In this document: one piece after another, positions 55,283 through 64,000 of the stretch
How positions within the stretch are numbered: position 1 is the stretch's first letter
Layout of the letters: each line of letters opens with the position of its first letter
Position numbers and translations under genes: made by a program
Origin: an uncultured Planctomycetaceae bacterium
Lineage (GTDB): Bacteria; Planctomycetota; Planctomycetia; Planctomycetales; Planctomycetaceae
Assembly (NCBI GenBank): GCA_963813715.1
Contig: CAWFAK010000009.1
Location: 96,001-160,000 of the forward strand
Direction of reading: 5' to 3'
DNA length: 64,000 nucleotides
The notes under the pieces: generated by a model
The model's input: the letters and a program-made list of their open reading frames with translations, nothing else
Told to the model about the DNA's origin: nothing
Database searches by the model: none

Positions 55283-55947
55283 GGGTCACTCTCCGGTTTG
55301 GATCGAAACACAGCCGACAGCGAGCTGGCGATTCTAGACTCCGGCCGAAACGGGACAAACGGGGTTGTCGGCAGGGGTCGCGTGGCTGCCGGCCGGAAAC
55401 GGCCGGCCGGCGAACCAGCCTCAAGCCCGGGAATGCCAGCGGCTTTTTCAGCCGGCTCCAGGCAATCCCGAAATGTCCGCGACGGCTCCGGCATCCGATT
55501 TGCATATCTGCTCCGTCGTTCATATCGAGGTCGACGCATAAGTCGAACCTCGTGATCATTTTGATCGATCTTGTGGTCGGTTTGAGTTCATGGTGTCGGG
55601 CCAGGTTTGGAAGGGATTCGAGCAATGGAACGCTTACGAGGGCATTCGGCACCCTATCTCCCCTCGCCCCATCAGATTCGGGAGGCGTGCCGCGGCATTC
55701 GCAGCTCATGGTCGCCAGGCGAGCGCCAGTCGCGCCGCGTCGGGCGCGAGTTGCGTGGCGGGTTTTGGTCCTGCGACACCCGGAATTTGATCGGCGCCAA
55801 CAACTCCACAAGATCTGATGCTCTCCGATGCGGTCTGTTGACCCAGGCATCATCGGTCTGATTGCCAACGAGCCATCGCCCGCAGGGTCTGGTCCCGGGA
55901 GTGGACCCGTCCCGCGCGGTTCCGATAAGCTGCCGGCGAGGGATTTC

Positions 55948-56310
55948 ATGATCGCGACAACCATCGAATTCGACGTGCCCCGGGCCCTTGATCGGGTTGG
56001 GGGAGACCGCATTCTCTTAGCTCGAATCATCGACTTTGTCGTCGAGGACAGTCCCGACCTTGTCCGCAAGATCGAAACTTCGCTGGAGAGTGACGAGTTC
56101 GGAGAGGTCGAACGGGCTGCGCACTCGCTGAAGGGGCTCGTCTCCAACGTCTATTGCGAAGCCGTCCAATCCCGCGCCGTCGAGATTGAAAAGCTGGCCC
56201 GCTCGAAGAATCGGGTGGGGATCGAACACGCCCTCGAGAGCCTGACGGATCTGCTGGAGCCAATGATCTCCAAGCTTGAGGTCGCACGACGCGAGCTGGA
56301 AAACGGCTAA
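55948..56310 (+). CDS. Stand-alone Hpt domain protein
   Basis: ALDRVGGD and AAHSLKG motifs. Confidence 0.85.
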   Translation: MIATTIEFDVPRALDRVGGDRILLARIIDFVVEDSPDLVRKIETSLESDEFGEVERAAHSLKGLVSNVYCEAVQSRAVEIEKLARSKNRVGIEHALESLTDLLEPMISKLEVARRELENG

Positions 56311-56580
56311 AGCCGCGCGCGGTCGGCGTCGCGGTTATCGAATCGTCACTGAGCCGTCGTGAATTCTCGTGCGCGAAGCTGGTGACATTGCGCCGTCGTT
56401 CTCAGACGGAGGCGCTCTCCTGTCACCGGGTGCCTTTCGGAGCAGTGAGCATTGGCATGCGATGTGCCAGCCTCTGTGAAGGGCCTTCAGGGAACCTCGC
56501 GCGCATTAACGATGGGTCTCGGTCATCCGGATAGAATCCAGCTCGAAATCCAAATCCGTACAAGTTCGCATTCAAGAAGG

Positions 56581-58378
56581 ATGGTTATGAGGCGATCCGC
56601 GAAATACGTCTTCAGCGCTGTCTGTGTCGTCGGTCTCTGGAGGGACGCTGTCCCTGGTGCAGTCGCAACAAGGTCCGAGTGCTCCCTCGACAGACCGATC
56701 CAACCAACTGGCCCTGGTCGACTTGAACCAGGCTCCGCCCACGGCTCCGCAGCCCGACGCGGCCGTTCCGCCTCCCGCCGGCGCCGCCACCGATAAAATC
56801 GTCGAGCAGACCCGCGGCCCGCTCAACCAGGGCTTCGCGGAAATGACGAACATGACTCCGCAGCCCGCGCCGCCGGTCGCCAAACAACCGCCCGCGCCGA
56901 TCGCCGAGGAGCCGCCCGACGTCAGACCGGATAACCCGGACGCCACCTGGGTGCCCGGCTATTGGTCCTGGAACCCCGAGAGCAGCAATTTCCTCTGGGT
57001 CAGCGGCAGCTGGCGCGTGCCCCCGCCGGGGCATCGCTGGATTCCCGGATATTGGTCCGAGGGGACCGGCAATTATCAATGGGTCTCGGGCTTCTGGACC
57101 CCCGAAGAGGTTGAAGAAACGACCTACCTGCCGGCGCCGCCGTCGTACCGCGACGAAAACGTCGACACCACAAACCCTCCAGACGCGGATCACTTTTGGG
57201 TCCCCGGCTATTGGGCCTACCGCACGCGGCAGTACGAGTGGCAGCCCGGTTACTGGAGCCGCGTCGTCAGCAATTGGATGTGGATTCCCGCGCACTACGA
57301 ATGGACGCCGTATGGCTACGTCTTCATCGCCGGACACTGGGACTATCCACTCGACCAGCGCGGCATGCTGTTCGCGCCGGTCGCCTTCACGTCGCCGATT
57401 TACTTGAATCAGGGATTCGTTTACACGCCGCAAAATCTGGTCGCGCTGAATTCGCTGGTCGACAACCTGTTCGTCGCGCCGGGATTTCAATCGTATTACT
57501 TCGGCGACTATTACGGACCTCAGTATGCGGGGTTCGGCATCTACCCCTGGTTCAACGTGGGGGTCGGACCGTACCTCTACGATCCGATCTTTGCGTACCG
57601 CTCGAGCCTGCTATGGCGCAAGGACCCGCATTGGCGGGATCAATTCCGCACCCGCTACGACCGCCTGGTGCGCGACCCCGCATTGCGTCCTCCTCGTACG
57701 TGGAGCGACTATCAGCGGCTCGTCGCGCAATGGCAGACTGCCGAACGACCGGATGGTGGCGCTGCCCTTGCGAGACGCCCTACGAGATAAGCGTTTCAAC
57801 GAGCACGTGGTCCGGTTGACCGACGCCGATCGGCGGACCTTCCGCACGCAGAACGACTTCCACCGCAATCAGGTCGCCGAGCGCAGCCGTCTCGAACGCG
57901 CGGGCATCGATCGGCAGCCGGATGCCGTCCCGGCGAACGCACGCCCGAGCGGCCTGGCGTTCGCCCTGGTGAGAGACCGGTCGAGCGACCCGGTGTGCGA
58001 CCCGAACGCCCGGTGGAGAGACCAACTACGCGTCCCGAAGAGCGGCCGGTCGGACGACCGGGTGAGCGCCCCGACCGCCCGGAAGTGCGTCCGGGACAGG
58101 AGCCGCGACCCGAAGTGCGTCCGGGTCAGGAGCCGCGGCCCGAGGTGCGTCGTGACGAGCGCGCCGAAGCGCCCCGCGCGCCGCGAACCCTGCGGTTGCC
58201 CAACCGCGCACCTGAGGGGCCGTGCGCTGAACCCCGAGCTGAAGAACGACGCGAACCCGCTCGCACGCCCGCCGTGCGTCCGGCACCGCGAGTCAATACC
58301 CCACGACCTCCGGCTCCCGATCGCGGAGTGCGGACGCCCGCAGCTCGACCCGCACCCGAGCGCGGTGAACGGAAGTAG
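56581..58378 (+). CDS. Secreted YXWGXW-repeat protein with Arg/Pro/Glu-rich tail (several frameshifts)
   Basis: Repeated WVPGYW, WVSGSW, WIPGYW, WQPGYW; tail with tandem EVRPGQEPRP. Confidence 0.8.
58080..58150 (+). repeat. 30-nt coding tandem repeat
   Basis: GAAGTGCGTCCGGG(A/T)CAGGAGCCGCG(A/G)CCC, about 2.3 copies. Confidence 0.8.
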
Positions 58379-58429
58379 GAAAGTCTGACAGGTTTCCGAG
58401 GTTTTGGGCTTTTGAGAGGAGAACAGAAG

Positions 58430-59113
58430 ATGCGACTGCACCCAGGGATGAAAGCAGGCCTGTTGCTGTTGACGATTGCAGGCACGATTGCCGCCGCGAG
58501 CGGCACCGCGCAGCGCGGCACGGGCGCGGATATTACGGCCGTGGATATAACGGCGGCTACTACGGTGGCGGCTGGGGCGGCGGATATGGCTGGTACGGCG
58601 GCTATCCCTCTAACGGGTACGCCTACGGCAACTACGGCTATGCTCAGCCGGCCTATGCCTACAACGACTACGGCACGACCACAGCCAACTATGGGCCGAA
58701 CGTTCAGCCGATGAACGCCAATCAGCCGGCGATGGTCTACGGTCAGGGTGGCTGCGGCAACACAAGCACGACGGCCGCTTATCCGCCTTCAGGTCCGATG
58801 CCGGGAACGCCCGGCGGCTACAACGGCACAACTTATGAGAGCGGACCGCCGACGCCGACTTACGCTCCCGGAACACGCGCTCCCATGAACGCTCAGGGAA
58901 ACATGCTCCGGGATGAACGGTCAGCGGATGGACAACGCCAACGACCACAACGCGACGATGAACCCGACGGTCGGCGGCACTCCGCAACCCGGAACCTCGG
59001 CCGACACGGCCAACAACCACAACGCGACGGCTCCGCCGCCGGCTCCCGCTTCGGCCCCGGCTCCCAGCTCGAGCTCAAGCGATACAGCGAACCAGCACAA
59101 CACGACACCTTAG
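58430..59113 (+). CDS. Secreted Gly/Tyr-rich low-complexity protein (frameshifts near 58510 and 58900)
   Basis: GAGGAG RBS; signal peptide; alternate frame reads GYYGRGYNGGYYGGGWGGGYG; Asn/Pro-rich tail. Confidence 0.6.
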
Positions 59114-59218
59114 GAGCACGACGCCGTAGCGGCTTCACGGACTTCGGCGCTCGACTCGTTGGCACAGGCACAGGAGACTGAAGGAGCCAGCGTCAGGAGG
59201 CCGCAATTCACGGATGGG

Positions 59219-59264
59219 CGACAACAGCCGTCGGCAGTCTTGCCGATGGCTGTTGTCGTTTTTT
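59219..59264 (+). terminator. Rho-independent terminator
   Basis: 18-bp stem CGACAACAGCCGTCGGCA / TGCCGATGGCTGTTGTCG followed by T6. Confidence 0.88.
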
Positions 59265-59287
59265 ATGCGCGCGGCCTGCGCGTCGCC

Positions 59288-61891
59288 TCAATTCATGCGG
59301 CTGGCCGGCCGATCGGCGATGGCGCGGCGGACCGGGGCCGGCAGCGGCGCGTCGACTCCCTTGATCGACCGCCAGAGGATTTCATTCAGCTCGAAGTCGT
59401 TGACCCGATCGTACTCGCTGAAATCCATCTTCATCGAGCGGTCCGCGCCGTAGGCCAGCGAGCTGTTCACCGCGTTCACGTCGATCTGCGCCGGCACGCT
59501 TTCATAGGGCGTGAGATCGGCCCGATCCGTGAAGGAGGCGAACATGGGCCGCGCGGCCGCGTCGTATTGGCTGAGCGGAGGCAGACCCAGAATCAGCTCG
59601 ATCGTGTGGATCATGCTGACCGTGCTGTACTGCGTGCTGTCGACGGCTTTGCGTTTGACGTACGGGCTGATCACCAGGCCGACCGTCCGCTGGGCGTCGA
59701 CGTGGTCGGGGCCGTTCTGGGCGTCGTCCTCGATCACAAAGATGGCCGTCTCCCGCCACGACTTGCTGTGGCTCACGCCCTCGACCAGCTTGCCGAGTGC
59801 CAGGTCGTTGCAGGCGACGCAGGCGGCCGGCGTAAACGTGCCCGGCCGCGTGCCGGTGGTGTGGTCCTCGCCCAGGCTCAGCACCATCAGGCTGGGCAGC
59901 TTGCCTTGCTGCTCGAACTGGCGGTACTCGGCCAGAAAAATGTCGACGTTCGACGTGTCGCGTTGCTTTTGCCCGGGCACCTTGGAGATGGCGTAGCTGT
60001 CGCACATGTGGCCGACGAGGCCGGGAACGGCCCCTTCCATGCGGAACTTGCCGTCCGGCTGACTGACTCGGCGGCCGTATTCGCCGTAGTTGCGATAGTC
60101 GAGTCCCGCGCGTGCGCAGGCGTCCCAAATGTAGCCGGACGGGGCCTTCGAGAGGTTGGCGTCGTCATCGTCGTCGACGCCTTTGCGGTTCGAGTAGGTG
60201 AGATGCCAATCGCGGGCCACGTAGTCGGTGTTGTAGGCCATCGTCGACCAGGGATGGCCGTCGCGCGAGACCTGCCCGTTGCAGTAGAGGTTGTCCAACA
60301 GCACGTATTCGCGGGCCAGCTTGTGATGGTTGGGCGACACCTTTTCGCCGAACATCACCAGGCCGGCATCGCCATTGCCTTCCTTGATGTCGCCAAACAC
60401 CTGGTCGTAGGTGCGGTTCTCCTTGATGATGTAAATCACGTGGCGGATCGGGCAGGGGTCGCCGACGCGGCTGGGAACGACGGTTTTTTCTTTCGTCGAG
60501 GGCACCGACCAGCGATTGATCCGAGTAGGGGCAGTTCGCGTAGACCTGGGCCGTGTATTTTGCCAGCTGCGCCTCGTCGGGAATCGGCACGATCGACAGG
60601 GCGCCGGACATCGTGCGGCCGATGTAGCGGAAGGGGACGCGGAGCGAGCCGGCCTGTTGTTGGCCTGCTGGTCGGCGTCGAGCGAACGGCCGGTCGCGTT
60701 GGCATGCGACTGCAGTCCTTTGCCGACGCCGACCAAGAGCTTCTTGCCGTCCGGCGTCACTGCGACCGACGTCGGATACCAGCCGGTCGGAATAAATCCC
60801 TTCACCTGGCTGCGGCTCGGCTGGCTGATGTCGATCACGGCCACGCAGTTGTTGTCGGCATTGGCGACGAACAGGGTCTGCCCGTCCGGAGTGATGGCCA
60901 GCGCATCGGGCGTGCTGCCTTCGGGGGATTTCGGAAACAGCGGCGTGTAAATCGTCTCGGTCACCGTGCCACCGCGCGTGTCGATCACCGACACGTTGTT
61001 GGTCGAAGCGCAGGTTACGAAGAGGCGGTCGTCCTTCGGATGCAGCATGATCTGGTTGGGGTGTTCGCCGACCGGAATCCGCGAGATCACGTGCAGATCG
61101 CTGGGGCGCACGGCCAGCACGGCGCGACCGGCCCAGTCCGACACAAACAAGAGCGCCCGGTTGTGCGAGCGAACAACATCGTAGGGCCGCCCGCCGCATT
61201 CCGCCGATTGCGTGATCTTGCCGCTGGGCACTTCGATGGCGTCGATGCGGCCGGCATTGATATCGAGCGAATAGAGCGTGTGCGAGGCCGCATCGAGCAA
61301 GAGCCCGCTGCGAAAATGATGCAGGCTGGCCCGCTCCTCGGCGCTCCGTCCGCGGTTCCGCCTGCCCGTGGCAGGTTCAGCCGTCGCCTGTTGGGCCTTA
61401 AACGGGGGGTCGAAGGTTTGACGTGTCAGCCCCTTGTCATTCACCGCGTATTGGAAGATGCGATTGCTGCCGCCTCCCGACCACCAGACGAGGTCCTGCC
61501 CGGCCGACGTCGCGAGGCCGAACCAACTTTCGCCTACGCTCTCGCGGGCCAGTTCCTTCTCGGTGCTCAGATCGATCAGCGACAGCTCGTGGCGGTTGTA
61601 GCCGTCAGTGCCGACGAGGGCGCGGCGATTGTCGGCTAGCGGAACGATGTTGAGCGGCAAGTCGGTCAGCTCGACGTGTCGGCCGGCCGGTGTGACGACC
61701 CAGCCGTTGGGAAGCACGAAGCCCTTGTCACTGGGCCCGGCCGTCTGCGGTGGAGCGGCGGAGGTCATTCCGCCGGCGGCCGCGATGATGCACGCGCAGA
61801 ACATCAGGCGGGCGCAGAACGCCGCTGGGCAGCCAACGGCCGAAACGAGCGAAAGCGACCCGCACAAGTGCTGAGCAAACTGCGACGTCAT
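59288..61891 (-). CDS. YncE-like beta-propeller fused to a phosphoesterase (alkaline phosphatase superfamily) domain
   Basis: LPNGW..TPAG, IPVGEHP, IPTGWYP, HVIYIIKENRTYDQVFGD and EDDAQNGPDHVD motifs; compensated frameshift near 60480-60650. Confidence 0.88.
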   Translation of the reverse strand: MTSQFAQHLCGSLSLVSAVGCPAAFCARLMFCACIIAAAGGMTSAAPPQTAGPSDKGFVLPNGWVVTPAGRHVELTDLPLNIVPLADNRRALVGTDGYNRHELSLIDLSTEKELARESVGESWFGLATSAGQDLVWWSGGGSNRIFQYAVNDKGLTRQTFDPPFKAQQATAEPATGRRNRGRSAEERASLHHFRSGLLLDAASHTLYSLDINAGRIDAIEVPSGKITQSAECGGRPYDVVRSHNRALLFVSDWAGRAVLAVRPSDLHVISRIPVGEHPNQIMLHPKDDRLFVTCASTNNVSVIDTRGGTVTETIYTPLFPKSPEGSTPDALAITPDGQTLFVANADNNCVAVIDISQPSRSQVKGFIPTGWYPTSVAVTPDGKKLLVGVGKGLQSHANATGRSLDADQQANNRPARSASPSATSAARCPAPCRSCRFPTRRSWQNTRPRSTRTAPTRINRWSVPSTKEKTVVPSRVGDPCPIRHVIYIIKENRTYDQVFGDIKEGNGDAGLVMFGEKVSPNHHKLAREYVLLDNLYCNGQVSRDGHPWSTMAYNTDYVARDWHLTYSNRKGVDDDDDANLSKAPSGYIWDACARAGLDYRNYGEYGRRVSQPDGKFRMEGAVPGLVGHMCDSYAISKVPGQKQRDTSNVDIFLAEYRQFEQQGKLPSLMVLSLGEDHTTGTRPGTFTPAACVACNDLALGKLVEGVSHSKSWRETAIFVIEDDAQNGPDHVDAQRTVGLVISPYVKRKAVDSTQYSTVSMIHTIELILGLPPLSQYDAAARPMFASFTDRADLTPYESVPAQIDVNAVNSSLAYGADRSMKMDFSEYDRVNDFELNEILWRSIKGVDAPLPAPVRRAIADRPASRMN

Positions 61892-62287
61892 GAGAAGTCC
61901 CTCCCCAGCCGGGCTGGGCGTCAGATTCCGGAATAGCGGCCGCCTCCGTTCTAGCAACCGCTGCGAATTCTTTCACCGAATGCCGGGGCTTATCCACAAG
62001 AAATTCACAGTGGCCCTCGCTGTCGGCGATCCCAAGTCGAGCGCCGGTAAGACGTTGGTTCGTGCCCGCCGAGCACGGTTCGAGAGTGGCCGCGGCGGCA
62101 ATCGGTGCCTTCTTGATTTTTCGCCTGCGGCCCGCCCACAATGCTCGTGCGACTCAGCGATTGGGGTGAGGAGTCGCACACGCTGAATGAGTGGTACGGA
62201 TCGCTCCGTCGCGTCGTGCCGGTTCAGAGAACGGTGCGCGGCGCCGACGTTGTCTGGATCGACCGGCGGTGTTGCCTTTGGTGCAAG

Positions 62288-62557
62288 ATGCGCAGCTTGG
62301 TTTATTCGTTGGAATTTGAACTGGAAATGTTGAGGGCTCGAACGACGCACCGGCTGATCGTCCCCGTCAACGAGGACGGCCGGTCGCCCCATTGGCGGGC
62401 ACACGAGCTCAATAAGCGGCTCGTCGACGTCGGCCCCGGGGACTGGATCGTTCACAACCGGCGGCGGTACCGCGTCAAGACGGTTGCGCCCTTCCGCTCC
62501 CGCGAACTGACCAGCGACTTCGCCGGTCCGCGGCACGGCTTCATCCGCGAAGGCTGA
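62288..62557 (+). CDS. Hypothetical protein
   Basis: 3' part of ORF 62141-62557 has protein-like composition; start position uncertain. Confidence 0.5.
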   Translation: MRSLVYSLEFELEMLRARTTHRLIVPVNEDGRSPHWRAHELNKRLVDVGPGDWIVHNRRRYRVKTVAPFRSRELTSDFAGPRHGFIREG

Positions 62558-62645
62558 CGCCTGGACTGGCTGCGAATTGGTCGCAATTTGCTCGCGCGAC
62601 CCGGCCGGTTGCTGCGCGCGACACTCGCCGACACCTCGCGACCGA

Positions 62646-63858
62646 TCAGGAATCGAGCATCACGCCGAGGAAGTTCTTGCGGTTGCCCGCTTCGCGGATC
62701 TTTTCGGCGATCCTGGCCAGGACCTGCTGAGCCCGGCGTTCGCCGTCGAGCTGCGCGATCGAGAGTGCGTTGCTCATCTCGATGTGCAAGGTCGTCACGA
62801 TCTTGCGATACGTGCCAAACGCCCGATCGGCGTCTAGAAAACCGTCGAAGTGCCGGCGAGGCGCGATGTACTTTTCGTACGTCTCCTCGAACCAGCGCCG
62901 CTGCCCGGCTGAGCTGGTGTAGCCGATGTCGTGCGCTTTGACGCACTTCCACAGCCGGTTGGTGCAATCCCGGAGCATCCGGCGGGCCTGCTGCCAGTCT
63001 TTCTTTTCCTGGTTGTTGGAATGCACGCGTTCGGGACCGGTGAGGTCGCGATTGAGAGTTTTGAGCCGCCCCATCATGTCGAGCAACTGCTGCCGCAACC
63101 GGGCCAGATCTTTCTCGGTGTTCTTGCGACGACCGCCAGTCCTGCTCGACGTGCTCGTAAGCTTCCAGCAGATGGGCCGCCGCGGGAATCACCGGCTCGT
63201 GCTTGCCGTTCATCCGCGCGCTGGCGGCGCCCATCGGCACCGGGACCATTCGAGCGGCGGGCATTCCAGGCGCCGGCATCCCAGGCGCGGCCAGCGCAGG
63301 CAGGGGCATCCCAGGGAGCGGCATGGCGGGGGCGGTCGGCATCACGGGGCCGGGGGCCATCATCGGCATCGCGCCAGGGACGAACGCGCCCATCGGCATG
63401 CCTGGCAGCGGGGCTGTTCCTGGCGCGCCATTCACGCCGGCGACAGGCATGCCCGGAGGAAAGGCCGGCATATTCGGCAGGGCGACGGTGACCACGATAT
63501 TGGGGTCGGCCCCGGGCACCGGTGCGGGCACCGGCAAATCGAGCAGCGGATTCGTTGCGTGCGCTCCCGGGAAGGCCGCTCCGTTCACCCGCCAGAGGAG
63601 CACGCAGACAGGATCGACGTCGACCGCCAGCAGCAGCTGCCGCATCGTCCACGCGGATTGCCCGGCCGACTGAAAGGCCTCGGGGGCTAGGCGCAACAGC
63701 AGGCCGTTGGGGACGGCTGGCGGCTTGAACCAAGCCCACGCCGAGCTCGTCGGGCGGTCGGCGGCGGCAATCGGCTCCCACGCCTGCGACGGCGGACGCC
63801 GCACGAATCGCTCGCGTGGATCGGCGGCCGGATCGCGAGATACCTCAGCTCGATTCAT
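62646..63858 (-). CDS. Hypothetical protein: globular N-terminus, Met/Pro-rich linker, helical C-terminus (frameshift near 63120)
   Basis: ORF 62452-63912 N-terminal part joins ORF 62646-63098 (LKTLNRDL..DWQQARRMLRD). Confidence 0.7.
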
Positions 63859-64000
63859 CGACGGGTCAAACTCCCCGCGGCGGACGCAACCCGGAGGGTG
63901 GCAAAACGACAAACCAAGCCCGCTCGTGCCTCGGCGGATTACGAATCAACCGTGCAACATATTTTACCGCTCACCCCCCGCACTCTCCAGGTCGTTTGTG

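Noticed and set aside
55283..55947. Riboswitch or ncRNA in long intergenic regions (also 25815-26430 and 14089-14404)
   Set aside because: I could not recognise any Rfam-type consensus by eye; an Infernal scan would be needed to settle it.
59159..61639. Long antisense ORFs (826 aa here; also 22990-24900, 1670-3400, 6335-7957 and 28327-29850)
   Set aside because: Shadow ORFs opposite well-supported genes in high-GC DNA, with no recognisable motifs.

Overview
High-GC chromosomal window, most likely from a planctomycete: it carries a DUF1559/H-X9-DG protein, an 'MRLTLRTLLAYLDD' family protein, a PQQ-like propeller and futalosine-pathway genes. Many genes are split by single-base frameshifts, including conserved ones (mqnA, mqnC, mqnE, ubiA-like, Rieske, cytochrome b), which points to long-read indel errors rather than pseudogenes. 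Core content: menaquinone futalosine pathway in two clusters, a NatAB-type ABC exporter with a CPBP domain, hom, a Rieske plus cytochrome b/dihaem-c fusion, nrnA, ABC-F, mfnB, ispD, mscS, two lone Hpt proteins and several secreted unknowns. The best candidate for an undescribed system is a pair of paralogous AAA_25/RepA-like helicase-wHTH genes about 31 kb apart (17935-19659 + and 50709-52205 -). They are 81/100 identical in the ATPase core, share a 36-bp upstream motif (26/36 identical), end in short GGAC(C)ACTTT iteron-like repeats, sit beside small orphan genes, and have no primase, integrase or transposase nearby. Other notable items: an apparently membrane-anchored orphan FlgG paralogue, GGGTGGC...GCCACCC-bounded REP-like elements (one pair brackets a small gene) and a GGA-rich 3' element resembling a CsrA sponge. 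I found no tRNA, rRNA, CRISPR array or prophage.
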